DNA of 62,636 nt, counting the filler, from Asterionella formosa (taxonomy: Eukaryota): assembly GCA_002256025.1 (NCBI GenBank). It is 17 parts of 17 records of this genome, joined end to end, with 100 filler letters (N's around TTAATTAATTAA, not from the genome) between each part and the next. Parts side by side here need not be neighbours in the genome. Positions count along the whole stretch, not along the records: positions 36,992 to 40,576 come from NKIB01014039.1; positions 40,677 to 44,260 come from NKIB01014040.1; positions 44,361 to 47,940 come from NKIB01014041.1; positions 48,041 to 51,616 come from NKIB01014042.1; 13 more parts are not named here. One strand, given 5' to 3'. The translations under genes and the position numbers were made by a program. This document shows positions 38,489 through 51,019 of this stretch, piece after piece. Positions within the stretch are counted from its first letter, which is position 1. Every line of letters begins with the position of its first letter. Under the pieces are notes generated by a model. It worked only from the letters and a program-made list of their open reading frames with translations. It was not told where the DNA came from and made no database searches.

Positions 38489-38845
38489 CGGGATTTTGGC
38501 TGGAATATTATTCAAGATTGATTAGTTCGACTGAACTATCGGTACCGGTACCTGTACCAGTAGTTCGAAGTTCATCAAAATCTGGGTATAGCCAGAGTTA
38601 GGTATTTTTAATCTGGGTGCCGATATGGTGACGACTCGTCCATAAACACGCTTTTCTACAAATCTCTGCGACATAAAATAATCACACATGTTACATGTAC
38701 TGTTATTGGTACCTGGTACCAGGGTGGTACATGCAAAAAATTCAACCCCCAGTGCAACCTTTTAAGACCGTAGTGAAAGCTAGTGTACTAGCAGTCAACT
38801 AGCACTGTGTACAAAGGTAAACTACAAAAAACCCTGGTACCGGTA

Positions 38846-39078
38846 TTAAAAGGCATGACCAAATTCATGAAACAACGTTTCGACTTCAATATGGCTCAAC
38901 AGTGCAGCATAACCAGTTTGAGGCGCTTGCAAGTTGCAAACAAGTGCCACAACTGGGAGTTGATATTCTTTGGAATTCAAGCCTAATGAACAACCACATC
39001 GAATCGCAAAATGTGCTGCGTGACTATACTTTCCAGGCCTTGGATGAAGATCCAAATACACGGAACCCAAGGGTTTTT
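38846..39078 (-). pseudogene. Isolated fragment of an M3 metallopeptidase (mitochondrial intermediate peptidase-like)
   Basis: LGSVYLDLHPRPGKYSHAAHFAIRCG...YQLPVVALVCN...LLSHIEVETLFHEFGHA (HExxH), followed immediately by F and a stop. No flanking exons visible. Confidence 0.85.
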
Positions 39079-41099
39079 GCATGTACCACCCTGTTATTGG
39101 TAAAATTCAACCCAAGTTGTATTTTTCTGTAGACCCCTGGTATTGTCCTACTCGGGACATGATGGTACCTTGACATTATTGACGAAATTCTACCAAAGTA
39201 GTATTTTTCTGTAGGGCTCCGGTAGTGTTCTACTCTGGACAGGTCAATACTGTCCGTGATGCACGTACAAAGCATGCACTGTGTATGAGTGGGGGTGCCA
39301 CGGTGCTGGTACCAGGTACCAGGGTACCAGTGTTACCAGGGGCGATGCTGTTACAATGCATGAAGTACCTGGTACCCTGGTACCGGTACCTGGTACTACG
39401 GTATGTACCAGGTACCAGCACCTGGTGTTGCCGGATTTTGCTAGCTTCGTTGTGTCTAATCCTGATTCAACTGGTCTGGTATTTATACCGGGTAAGAAGC
39501 AGGCAATGAAATAACAAGGTACAGTACATTGAAAATGAAATTTGAATTTCATTTAGTAAGTATTTATTTTGTTATTTAGTAGTATACGCATTTATCTAGC
39601 TTAACACGGCTGTAGTTGTGGATGCCCACCACTGCAACCTTTCAACATTTGGTTGACGAGAATGTAAGTAATAATCTTATCCAAACCATATGTCTCATAG
39701 ATTTAATACAGGGCTAGATGTGCCATCTACCCACTCAAACTAGCTAGAGTCGCCACTGCATCCCAGACAACCTTGCGCCTGCTGATAGTAGATGCATATT
39801 TCCTCATCCTCCCTGCCCTGCTGCTTGTAAAAAGTAGCCTTTCTGGTTTTTTGTTTGGTGATTCCAACTTCCCATTCTTACCAAAGAACAAATATAGTTT
39901 TGGTGCCTTGGAAGGTTTCTTTCATTATCAGGATCCACATCCATGTTTGCTTGTTTGTCCGCAATACCTGCTTGATTGTTGGTTTGTTGGTTCCTAGAGC
40001 AAGCTGTGTGACATGGACCTATGGTACATTGCTTGGCTGGGTAGCGTACACATAAGGCTATTTAAATAGTTACAACAAACATAGCAAATGTTGACTATTC
40101 CAAAAGCTCTACTAAAGTAGAACTTTAGCTAGCTCAAGAATGGATCTGACCTATAGGGATAGCTAGTGTGGCTATGTAAACCAACCCCAGATATATGATT
40201 CATCAGCTATAGACATGTTCTACTAGCATTTAGCCTAGTAAAAGGCATAACCACACATTTCAGAACACTTACTACAATGTTTGATTTCGAAGGAGGATAT
40301 CATACAGTGATTTCCTTAGTATGGTTAAACGGTCACCTCTACAAAGAAAGTAGAACTTATACTCTAGTAACCAGGAGTTCATGAGTAATATATACTTAGT
40401 CAGTCTCAAAGTCAGCATTGAACTTGAAATAAATAAACTAAGAGTGGACTATAATCCCCGATGTCTTGCACATCATGGGTACTCTGAATAGGTGACTAGA
40501 AAGGTTCACAATGACATACAGGGCTCACATAATCATTTTTTCAAGCCCAGCTCAACCAGGCGATCGAAAATAGATTNNNNNNNNNNNNNNNNNNNNNNNN
40601 NNNNNNNNNNNNNNNNNNNNTTAATTAATTAANNNNNNNNNNNNNNNNNNNNNNNNNNNNNNNNNNNNNNNNNNNNTTCTAAAAGAAAAGATATTCAAGA
40701 AAAAGTCCGAGCTAGATCAAGACCTCGAATTCAAGAAGATCAATGCAGACAGAGATGTGATGCTGGCTAAGGCAGCCCAGTTGATGCACTGAGTCGGGAA
40801 AGAAGTTTGAAGAAAAAATTGAATCTTTTCCAAATCATGCATGGAAGAAAAAAATTTCTCTGTAAAATCATCGAGAACAATCCCGAAGGCAGCTACTTTT
40901 GTGAAGAGTCAGCATGTGAAATGTGTAGAGTTGTTATGCCAAAGCAAACTGCATTTTCCTTGAGTTTGCCGAAATCGTATGGACAACTAAAATTGTGGAA
41001 AGAGTTGTACACACGTACGCACCCCACAAGAAATATGCAATTACGACTCTGTATTTTATGGAGTCAAAGGTATTATCAAAAAATCATCTTCAGATTTTA

Positions 41100-41789
41100 A
41101 AGATCTTGCATATTGGGACCTTGAAACAATTACCTCTATGATCCATTATAGAATTCATGAAATTCATCCAAGTGATGTAAAGGTTATACTATATTTGATC
41201 TGGATGACAACCCAGCCAGAAAAGCGTAATAACAAACCGCAGCTATATATACCAAGGTGATTTTCATCCACTTCATCATGACAGTAAGTATGTGCTAATT
41301 GTGTATTGCAAAAGATCAGATGAGGAGGAAAAAAACCGTTTTGTGCATTATCTTTTTGCTATAAATGATGGATTATGTCAAGTCTGTGATCCAGGAAAAG
41401 ATGCAAGCTTAGATGAACATTATGATCAAGTATTTCACCTTGCCCATAAGTACGCACGGCACTGCATCATCCCTGGATGCACGAAACAATTGCAATTGTT
41501 ATGCACCAATACCGGATATCTTCCACAAGAATACCATACACCTGAAGAAATTAGTTTATTGGAATCTTTCTATACTGGCACCAAAGCACCATTGCAGATC
41601 ATTGTGGCCACTGAACATGATTCCATGTTATTTCAACCAGAAGATTATAGTGGATGGTCATGTGGACCATTTACAATTGTAAAAGTATTGGAAACTCTTT
41701 TGCAACTAGAAAGGAATGGCAAAACCAAATTTCTTGGCAACCGGGCTCAATTCCGTTTGGAGACGGAGTCCTGGAAAGTTTTAAAATGA
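41100..41789 (+). pseudogene. Degenerate ORF with a Ulp1/C48-like protease motif, probably TE cargo
   Basis: HYLFAI...CD and FQPEDYSGWSCGPF resemble the His/Asp and QxxxxxCG catalytic motifs. Upstream frames are broken. Confidence 0.4.
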
Positions 41790-42730
41790 TGTCAGGCAGG
41801 TGGTAGCAACTGATTGAACAGACGATTTGTTATCTGTTACATCTGACCCACCAACCAAGTCAACATACTTTCATCTTGGAACAGTTTGGCCTCAAGTGAC
41901 AACGACAAACATTCATGAGGATATGGTGTTTCAGTTGGAAATAGCTAACTGTTCTTCAATTTTGAATTGACAAAATTTTGAGCTCCTATTCAGATTTAAA
42001 AATGTTGAAATGAAGTAATTGGACGACTTCCTTTCAATAGTGAATGTTGATTGATTGAGCACTCACTGATGTTGTTGTATGGCTGGAATCATGCGCAGAG
42101 TAGGTCTACCGGTAAATAAACAGTACTCTGGAGCACCTGGTACCAGGGTCGTAGTATNNNNNNNNNNNNNNNNNNNNNNNNNNNNNNNNNNNNNNNNNNN
42201 NNNNNNNNNNNNNNNNNNNNNNNNNNNNNNNNNNNNNNNNNNNNNNNNNNNNNNNNNNNNNNNNNNNNNNNNNNNNNNNNNNNNNNNNNNNNNNNNNNNN
42301 NNNNNNNNNNNNNNNNNNNNNNNNNNNNNNNNNNNNNNNNNNNNNNNNNNNNNNNNNNNNNNNNNNNNNNNNNNNNNNNNNNNNNNNNNNNNNNNNNNNN
42401 NNNNNNNNNNNNNNNNNNNNNNNNNNNNNNNNNNNNNNNNNNNNNNNNNNNNNNNNNNNNNNNNNNNNNNNNNNNNNNNNNNNNNNNNNNNNNNNNNNNN
42501 NNNNNNNNNNNNNNNNNNNNNNNNNNNNNNNNNNNNNNNNNNNNNNNNNNNNNNNNNNNNNNNNNNNNNNNNNNNNNNNNNNNNNNNNNNNNNNNNNNNN
42601 NNNNNNNNNNNNNNNNNNNNNNNNNNNNNNNNNNNNNNNNNNNNNNNNNNNNNNNNNNNNNNNNNNNNNNNNNNNNNNNNNNNNNNNNNNNNNNNNNNNN
42701 NNNNNNNNNNNNNNNNNNNNNNNNNNNNNN

Positions 42731-43214
42731 ATCGTGGTTTTTGCCTTCCTGAGCCAATGCTCCGCTTGGTCGTCGCACTACACAACAAGCAGCTTTCGTC
42801 CGGCGCTTAGATCTCCGAAATTTATGAGTTCTGATCAAATGGTTCCTGGTGAAATGGATATGCCAGGATCCGCAGAATTGAACGATAGTCCGTGTTGGCA
42901 AGATATCTACGATGATGATTGTTCCATGAGCAATATTTATGCAGCAAATTTTATAGCAAGCAAGTGGATTAAGAGCATGCCTTGTGGTGCTGGTATCGAG
43001 GTAATAATTCAATTTTTGCTGCAGTATATAGAAAAATCCTCACATGTCCTAACGAGTCCATTCTTTCTAGGATTGTGATATGCCGGCTGAGTTGCATGTT
43101 CCTTCCGCCCACCAAGATCGTGGGATCGAGAAGACTGACGTAATGGCCTTCCTTGGACTGAAACGCGCAGCATCAGTGGATGCGCCCACGGAAGGTAAAG
43201 GGGACGTCTCTTGA
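42731..43214 (+). CDS. Small plastid-targeted hypothetical protein; 2 exons (<42731-43000, 43071-43214), start lies in the gap
   Basis: Signal peptide ...VVFAFLSQCSA-W followed by a Ser/Arg-rich transit-like stretch. GT-AG intron 43001-43070 with a CTAAC branch site. The spliced frame is open: ...PCWQDIYDDDCSM...MPCGAGIE/DCDMPAEL...GDVS*. Confidence 0.85.
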
Positions 43215-43443
43215 AGCTTCAGCTGCATCAGTCGCTGCGTCATGAATGCATGGATCAATAGAAAAGAGTTGGTGGCTTATAAAACAAACCATACAAGGAT
43301 GGTATGGTGACAGCGATGGTGGATCCCAAACGAGCTATCAGTGATATTATTTATTTGGATTGAATTTCATATTTTTTGATCTAGCGCTTTCTTTTAAGAA
43401 TAATTGTCTGATAATCAATACACGAATGAACTTTGTGCGAGGA

Positions 43444-43940
43444 CTAGATTGTATTAATTGCACATTTCCCGGCGGGAATTGACATTTGGCAAGCCTTCAC
43501 TTTGCGGCCATTCATGGTGATCATGCAGGTTCCGCAATCACCTTGTTTACAATTGTAAGCAATTTTTACACGAGCCGCAGCTGCAACAACGCTGACCTTC
43601 TGACCGACAACAGCTTTCACTGACTTTCCGTTTATGGTGACATCTTCGTTGTATTTCGGGCCCTAAAGACGTAACGGAAGGTGAAAACGTTCGTAAGGCT
43701 CAGGGTGTAGTAATATAAAATGAATGATGTATTTCACTTGCTTACATTTTTGAGGCCAGCGTTTTCCTTCTTTCCCAAGCTTTCATCGTTTTTGAACGCA
43801 TCACCCAAGTTTCCGAACATATTGAGAGTTGTTCTCGGACTGCTAGACACGACGCCTTGTGGCCGTAGAACTCCAAATGCGGTCGATGGAGCAACAGTGC
43901 AAATTAACAAAAACGCGACGAGCAGAGGACAGCGAGACAT
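43444..43940 (-). CDS. Plastid-targeted 2Fe-2S ferredoxin-like protein; 2 exons (43940-43746, 43662-43444)
   Basis: Signal peptide ending STA-F. GTAAG...TTTAG intron 43745-43663. Exon 2 encodes YNCKQGDCGTC...KVKAC (Cx4Cx2C...C). Confidence 0.92.
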
Positions 43941-44834
43941 GATCCAGTTATCTATGGGTACAACGTGAAGCCTGCTTACAACGCAAGCGTACAATCAGGA
44001 GCAGTAGTCCTAAACTTGGATGACGTGATGTACGAAATACAGTCGTAACAGATACTCCAAGTAGCATATTCTTGCTGATCAAAACAGAAGGTATAAAATA
44101 AAGAGTCCACATATTTTACATGAGCACCGGTACGATAGTCTACCGGGAAGTAGTACCTGGTGCCTGTGTGGTAGGTGGTACCTGGAACGTACCGGTACTC
44201 CACTTGGTATACCCGGTATACTCATGACAACAAAGGATTGACGGCAGTGGTACGTATACGNNNNNNNNNNNNNNNNNNNNNNNNNNNNNNNNNNNNNNNN
44301 NNNNTTAATTAATTAANNNNNNNNNNNNNNNNNNNNNNNNNNNNNNNNNNNNNNNNNNNNTTGTCAGCTACTCATCCTCTGGTTCTTTTTCTATATTGTA
44401 CTTGCTAGAGTTATCGCTGTAGACTATTTGTAGCTGCTCCGAGACGGAGAAGGCCATTGTGGCACATCTCAATTTCGATTCACTACGGAGACATGCAATG
44501 CTCAACGATGTTCAACAAGTACCAACGGTGCTTTATTTCCAATCTGGCAGGCTATTGTAATCTCTACAATCAACAATGACTTAATTATGTGTCTATAACA
44601 TCAACTACTACTACGTGTGCTGAATTCTACAGTGTGAATCTTCCTCTTGCATGTGTTATTCTTTGCCAGTTCAGATCAAAGAAATATGTCGGAGCGGAAA
44701 AAATAATAAGTGAATCGGAATTGGCGACTCTTTCGTTCATTATATGGTGAAAGCAGCATAATATTGCGGCAGAGCAGCATAATTTCGCTTTTAAACTGTT
44801 GCGATGGCTAGTTGGTCAACATATATTGTCACGA

Positions 44835-45045
44835 ACACACATAATTATTGGTGTGATCACATAATTATTCGATAAGTGAAATAAATTTTTGTTTAACCCG
44901 AATAAATTAGGGAAAAAGTAGCATAATATTTCAAAAAAGTAACATAATATTTTAGAAAAGTAACATAATATTTTAAAAAAGTAGCATAAATACGTCACTT
45001 TACACATAAATTCGAAAAAGTGCCGTAAACGGCGTCTTAGATGTA
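44835..45045 (-). mobile_element. DNA-transposon terminus with subterminal repeats, related to 50042-50420
   Basis: Both ends begin ACATCTAAG and contain CACATAATTATT motifs. ~21-bp tandem units AAAAGTA(G/A)CATAATATTT at 44914-44990. Confidence 0.5.
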
Positions 45046-45588
45046 AGTAGGTAGCTGTCTGAATCATAGGGTGGTGCAATTCGGCCAGCTGGCGACACAG
45101 TAGTGGACATGCCAATGCCTATTGTAGCTCCAGACGAAATCGTGGTGTAGGAGTATAGTAGCGGGGATGTGTCCAGCACTCGGACGGCGGTACCACCTCG
45201 ATGGGCACCAGTTTGATGGGTCCCACATGAGATGCGCCTGCGGACACTGGATCCGCTCAAAGAATTTTCTACAACATTCAAGAATGTCCTGATTTCACCT
45301 TGCTTGCATGAGAGTGACTCCCTTATCCAGGTACCAAATCATTTTCAAGCGTTTGGGCTTGGGAACATAAAAATGCTGGTGTTGCTGATCTCCAGGGTCT
45401 GCCACACACAACAAGGCTAGTACCAATTATAGTGACGATACCCAGAGTAACCATATGAGTGCTTCCGTAGATGCGCAAATATAACTTGACACAAAATTGA
45501 TGTAGGTTGGCCCACAGAGAATGAATTGACATAACTACCGATAGCTAAGTAGGCTATTTATATCGGTCATCACTCCCCATCCACTTCC

Positions 45589-46861
45589 CTAGCCACTCAC
45601 AGATGTCTCATCTTCCCCCTGGTTGGAGTCTTCATCATCATCGCGCCCTTCCATGATACTGGCCAGAGCGTTCGATAGGGAAATGGCATCAATGGCTTTC
45701 CCCTGTGGTTTCTTGGCACCTTTAGTAACAGTAGGAGTAGTTGCTACATTGAGGTTGCACTCCTTGGCGGAATGCATTGTCCACGATGCATGGTTGGTGC
45801 ACCAATGATACTCCTTGGTGTCCACTGTCTTGGTCTTCGCATCATTCTCCTTTGGCGGCACTAATTTCCAGGCCCATTTCTTAGCCAGTTTAGCCTTGCG
45901 AGCACGTTCCTTTTTGTCATTCTTGTTGTCCTTGTTCACAGGCTTGTTGGTCTTGAAATATTCCAGTTTCGCTGTGAGTGCGACAATCTGTGCCTCCAGC
46001 TTAGCATCTTTAGCAGATGGTAAATTCCACTTCTTAGACTCCACGAGCATCTTATATTTATTTAGGGCCAGGTCCATCAGCGAATCCACATCAAAATCCA
46101 CCCGTCCATCGTGATACTGATCCTGCTGACCAATCATGTAATCATGGAACACTTTATCCTCCACAGCCTCGTATGCTGTAAACAGATTTGTCAGTAGGTC
46201 AGAAGAAGTTTCCCCATGAGACATAAGCGCGTCACGTTGCACACGGACATGGAGGTTAAACTTCTCAATGTTGCAGTCCACTGATAACATGTATTCATCC
46301 AACACGCTGAGGGTATGGCGAATAGTAGCCACCGTGGATCGTGGATCGACCGTGCATCTCGTAATGAGAAGTTTCAAGAATGCAGCACCACTTGCCACCA
46401 CGTGTGTAGGGGCTGTAGGTGACGTAAGACGATAGGCAGGTGAGTCTGTAGAAACCTTGAGCAGGGCCTCCATGGAAAGCGAGTCGTAAATGCACGTAAA
46501 CAACTGCGCACTGTTCTGTGCGTCACGCGTCTGGGAATGAACATGTGTGGCTGCATGAGCAACCACGCACAATTGCCATGGTGACCCTTCCATATTCGGT
46601 GATTAGGTTTCGCCCAACGTTGTGGTCATCAGGGACCGTGAGGATGGAGGCCCATCCAAATGCGTCGTCTCGTTGCTGCAAGGCTTGAAGGAAAAGGTGG
46701 AGGCCTCCAGTTTCACCATCGAAGGGATGATTGAGTTTTTCGGTTGCAGACTTGTACAATTTCATCCCTTCATTTGAGTTGTAATCAACGGGATCAGGAT
46801 TTGCGAGAGCTGGGGTTAGAGCAAAGACGAAAGCCGCATGGGCGTCTGGAGCTTGAGCCAT
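45589..46861 (-). mobile_element. CoDi-type Copia gag with one frameshift (~46565) and no adjoining pol
   Basis: FALTPALAN...DYNSNEGMKLYKSATEKL...FGW..IL...NLITEYG, then RDAQNSAQLFTCIYDSL...NIEKFNLHV...LFTAY and the knuckle YHWCTNHASWTMHSAKEC. A possible LTR/PBS junction ...GTCA|TTGGGTATTCAAA lies near 47402. Confidence 0.85.
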
Positions 46862-47730
46862 GTTAGGTTCTAGACCACGAAGTCGAGAGGATCGACGAAG
46901 AATGATAGACGATAGTCTACAATATGACGGTTGTCGTGTTGCGCAGGGGAAGTGTAAGGGAAACCAGCAAATATTCAGACGAATGAATGCAGTTTGACAA
47001 TAACCAAAGTAAGATGCAAATCAATAACAGATTTGTCTAGTTTCAATTATATGTCTCATAATCATTAGGCATGGTCAGCAATAGCGCGCTAGCCTGTCCA
47101 ACATGCACCAAACAGCAGCAAGACGAGAAGACCTTCATCATTCAGATATACCTGACTGTGGAATGAACACATCGCCCAAAAACCCTTATTATGCCAATAG
47201 AAGAATCGCTACACCACAGCATGACTTGCCATCAATCAACTGCCAAAAGAGACCCAACCACATCCGCTTGGACCCAATCCGGCAGCAAGTTACAAATCGA
47301 ATCGTCAATACAAAAATGAAAAAGGGGGGACCCGGAAACCCATCAGATGCTTTTATACAACAGCCTTACCATCACACGTACGTCAAACATTTGAATACCC
47401 AATGACACTGCACCCCTGGCACCAGGGAGCAAGGGCACATGAGAAATGCATAATTCTCACAGTGGTGCGTAATGGTGTCTTCGCTATTTTGACACCAAAT
47501 CAAATTCAAGATTATTTGGACGAAGCCAATTAATTACCAGTATTGTTGAAAGTTAGGAACTGCAGAGTACCGGTAAGACAAAACGAAAATAAATAACACC
47601 ATTAATACTACCGGTATGCACCTGATATAGAGTAATCAAAGGACGTTTACATAATAAAGAAAAATACAGGTATGGACTTTGTTAATCAAGCAACACAAAA
47701 TTGGAACAGTCAGTCGCTCATGTATTGTAT

Positions 47731-47940
47731 CTAACGTTCCATAATGGACAATACACCACATGCAATGCGTGTACCAGCTCCATCATGAAAGACAACTGCA
47801 TGTCTATAATTGAGGTCGATGCCATAGCCATCATCCAAATGAAAGTACCTATCAGCATGTCCAACGGCATCCGAATTGTAGTAAGATCCATTGACAACAG
47901 TCCAAGGATCAACAGTACCATAGTTCGAAGGGTTCCAATA
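47731..47940 (-). CDS. C-terminus of a Cu/Zn superoxide dismutase-like domain protein (missing from the ORF track, 5'-truncated)
   Basis: Hand translation from the contig edge: YWNPSNYGTVDPWTVVNGSYYNSDAVGHADRYFHLDDGYGIDLNYRHAVVFHDGAGTRIACGVLSIMER*. AVVFH...RIACGVL matches the SOD_Cu C-terminus. Confidence 0.75.
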   Translation of the reverse strand, partial: YWNPSNYGTVDPWTVVNGSYYNSDAVGHADRYFHLDDGYGIDLNYRHAVVFHDGAGTRIACGVLSIMER

Positions 47941-48040
47941 NNNNNNNNNNNNNNNNNNNNNNNNNNNNNNNNNNNNNNNNNNNNTTAATTAATTAANNNN
48001 NNNNNNNNNNNNNNNNNNNNNNNNNNNNNNNNNNNNNNNN

Positions 48041-50041
48041 TTGATGAATGGCATAAGCAATATCTGGGCGGGTATTTGCAGTCAGGTACATCAGCATGCC
48101 AATGATTGAATTGTATTGCCAGGTTTCAGTGAACGGATCTCCATCGAAATCATTTTCTGAGGGAGTATTAGTCAATGGTGTATCCACTCCATTACAATCA
48201 GACATGCCAGTTGCTGCAAGGACTTTGTGTCAATTAGTCCGGTTTGAGTGAGATTATATTCCTGCAGTCAAGTTTTTTATATTTGAATTCCAAGAAAGGC
48301 ACCAACTTCTCCTTCATTTCTAAGTGCAAAAGTGTGACGCTGTTCCTTTTCATGGACGCCAAGGCTTTGGATTTTTGCTTCAAGAACAAGTGAGTCCGCT
48401 CCAGCAAATATGGTGTCATCGATATAGCAGACACAAATAATTCCTTGTTTCATGAACAAGCATGGATCAATTTGAGATTGAGTGTACCCATGTTCCAAAA
48501 GTCCCTCCCGAAGTTTCTCAAAGAAGGTGCAAGGAGCTTGACGAAGTCCATATAGATTTTTTAGCAGTCGCAACACTTTATTGGTGCCGGACTTGGGTCC
48601 AAAATGCGAGGGTATTCCAGATATACTTATTCTTTGAGATTGGCTTGAGCAAATGCGTTGGTGTAGTTGACTTGACGGGTTGACCAGCCCTCAGTGAGAA
48701 CAGTTAACAATAGCAAGCGAATGGTAGACAAAAGTAAAACAGGTGCATAGGTCTCGAAGAAGTCAATGCCCTCCTTTTGGAGATCTCCTTGTGCACAAAC
48801 GCGTGCTTAGAAGCGATAGCTAAGGTGTGCCACCTGGGAGCCGTTTCAGTTTGAATACCCATGTTCCTTTTAATACATTGAGGTTTGCAGTTCTTGGCAC
48901 AGATTCCCAGGTACGTTGAAGAATGAGAGTTGCAATCTCTATTTGCATGGCTTTAATGTACTCTTCTGAATTTTCGCCATGGATAGCCTGATGAAACGTT
49001 GGAGAATCAGGGTCATCTTTGCGGCGTGTTTTGGATGCATACACTCGAGGGTCAGTAATGTTGTGAACAACTGTCAAAACAGGTAAGTAATTCTGCTGAA
49101 TATGCCAGTTGTTTCTTGTAGAAATTGTCATGCTTGGTTTGATCCAGCATGGTCAACTATACTTCGTCAATATATTTTGTACAATTATTCTGACCGTCGA
49201 ACTGCTGGCACTGGTGGTGAAGAGTGAGGTGAACTTGCAATAGAATCTGGTATGTGTTTTGTGTGTGCACTATCAGTGCTGAGTGGAATAGGTGCTTTAG
49301 GAGGAGGTATTGGAGCAGATGCTCCCTCTAAAATGCCGATATCTTCTGCTGGTGTTGATGGTCCTTCAGGTGGTAAAGCTGCCGTAATGAAGTGTGTGGG
49401 GTTAAATGTGGTACGAATCCGCTGTTGTCGATGAAGCTCCCTCTGTTTTTGTGCTTGTTCATCTGAAGTGAGCCAGTCGTCTTGAAGATGCATTGGTGTT
49501 TCAGTGTTTGAATCGTTCGGTATGTAGATTGTATTTTCCAGACACAAACCGTCCCAGTATTCAGGAGGGTCTTCATCTTTTCCAATTGACGCCACCGTGG
49601 AGAAACTGTCGTCAAAAACCACAAGATATTGAGTGGTAATACTCCCAGTTAGCAAATTAAGGACCAAGGGGACTTCACTGGAGTGAATGGAGCTCAATCC
49701 AAGGAACACACCTCGTCGTGATCGTGGTTGATATCTAGGCAATTTCTTCCCAGATTGAAGAGTTGGGTCAAGAAATCATTGGACATCCCCAAGTGTGAAG
49801 ATCTCGCAGATAATGTCTGGGAATTGTGCTTCCAGTGTAGAGATCAGCTGGGCAAAAGGAATGATTATTTGGTGTATGATTGTAAAGGTGCACAGTGTAA
49901 GTAACTGCTATAGGCTAAAGTGTGCTGTCGATCCCTCCTTTTCAATGACTGGAAGCATGGAGAATCATTGAGCGTGCCATGTCAGATACTGTTCTAATAG
50001 CCTGTTCTGCTACACCATTTTGATGGTGTGCATTTGTTCCA
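48041..50041 (-). mobile_element. Degenerate Ty1/Copia (CoDi) pol: integrase C-half followed by reverse transcriptase
   Basis: AHHQNGVAEQAIRT, WGCP, PRSRRGVFLG, VVFDDSFSTV (integrase). TWVFKLKR, ETYAPV, KNLYGLRQAP, DPCLF, YIDD, MYLTANTRPDIAYA (RT). IN precedes RT; many stops and frameshifts. Confidence 0.95.
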
Positions 50042-50420
50042 CACATCTAAGCCGCGTATTACGTGAAGTGACCATCACATAAATAAGCCTAGTTAATTTT
50101 GAATGCATCACATGAATTAGTTGAAAACATCAAAATACGTAGTTGAATATATCTATATATTATCTGAATGCATCACGTTAAATATTTGATCAAAGTATCA
50201 TGCATGCATTCCTGATCATCACTATATTATGTGATCACCTTCACATAATTATTTGAAATACTTCACATAATTATTTGAAATACTTCACATAATTATTTGA
50301 AAATACTTCACATAATTATTTGAAATACTTCACGTAATTCTGTAATTTCGTTCACATAATTCTAGAATAAAGTTCACTTAATATGTAACACATTTGTTTA
50401 CGTAATTTTCTGGAGTTCAT
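50042..50420 (+). mobile_element. DNA-transposon terminus that truncates the Copia pol, with a 22-bp subterminal tandem array
   Basis: Starts CACATCTAAG exactly where the integrase reading ends. CTTCACATAATTATTTGAAATA occurs four times plus degenerate copies at 50239-50360. Confidence 0.6.
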
Positions 50421-50480
50421 TCAACTAAATTAAAGAGTTTCATTAATGAAATAAAGCCTGCTCATTCGGAACGGCATGCA

Positions 50481-50936
50481 AATGCTCCTGCACTGAAAGG
50501 GTTTGCTGCAATGGCAATTGAATGTAGAGGAAGATCAGTGTGAGTTATCAGTAGCGTTGCTCATATAGCCGTCAAAATAGCGCAGTAATCTTACCAGAAC
50601 AACGTTCATTCCGAACCTCATTGTCCCTGCCTGTTGTCAACAACAATGCGTGAGCTGACAAGCCATACTAGCATTTAGGTACACAACAAGAACACACTCA
50701 CCATTCAACTGTATTGCAGAGTGCTTTTGGATTTCATCCGAATGCTCCTGAATTGAAAGGGTTTGCTGCAATGTCAATTGAATGTAGAGGAAGATCAGTG
50801 TGAGTTATCAGTAGCGTTGCGCATATAGCCGTCAAAATAGCGCAGTAATCTTACCAGAACAACTTCCATTCCGGACCTCATTGTCCCTGCCTGTTGTCAA
50901 CAACAATGCGTGAGCTGACAAGCCATACTAGCATTT
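50481..50936. repeat. Two ~196-bp direct repeats (50481-50676, 50741-50936) separated by 64 bp
   Basis: AATGCTCCTG...GCCATACTAGCATTT occurs twice with only a few substitutions; period 260 bp. Confidence 0.92.
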
Positions 50937-51019
50937 TTCGCCGACTTTTCCGTTGTTTTGATTGGTTTTATGGTCCTATGCAGTTACAGAAACAATGAGA
51001 AGGAATGATTTGTTAGCTA

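Noticed and set aside
42063..43012. Long ORFs of 241-307 aa in the ORF track
   Set aside because: They are composed mostly of the N gap at 42158-42730.
45589..50041. gag and pol as one Copia element
   Set aside because: They are on different contigs and in the wrong order on the minus strand.
50481..50936. TRIM (mini LTR element)
   Set aside because: The repeats lack TG...CA ends, and no PBS, PPT or TSD is visible. More likely a local duplication.
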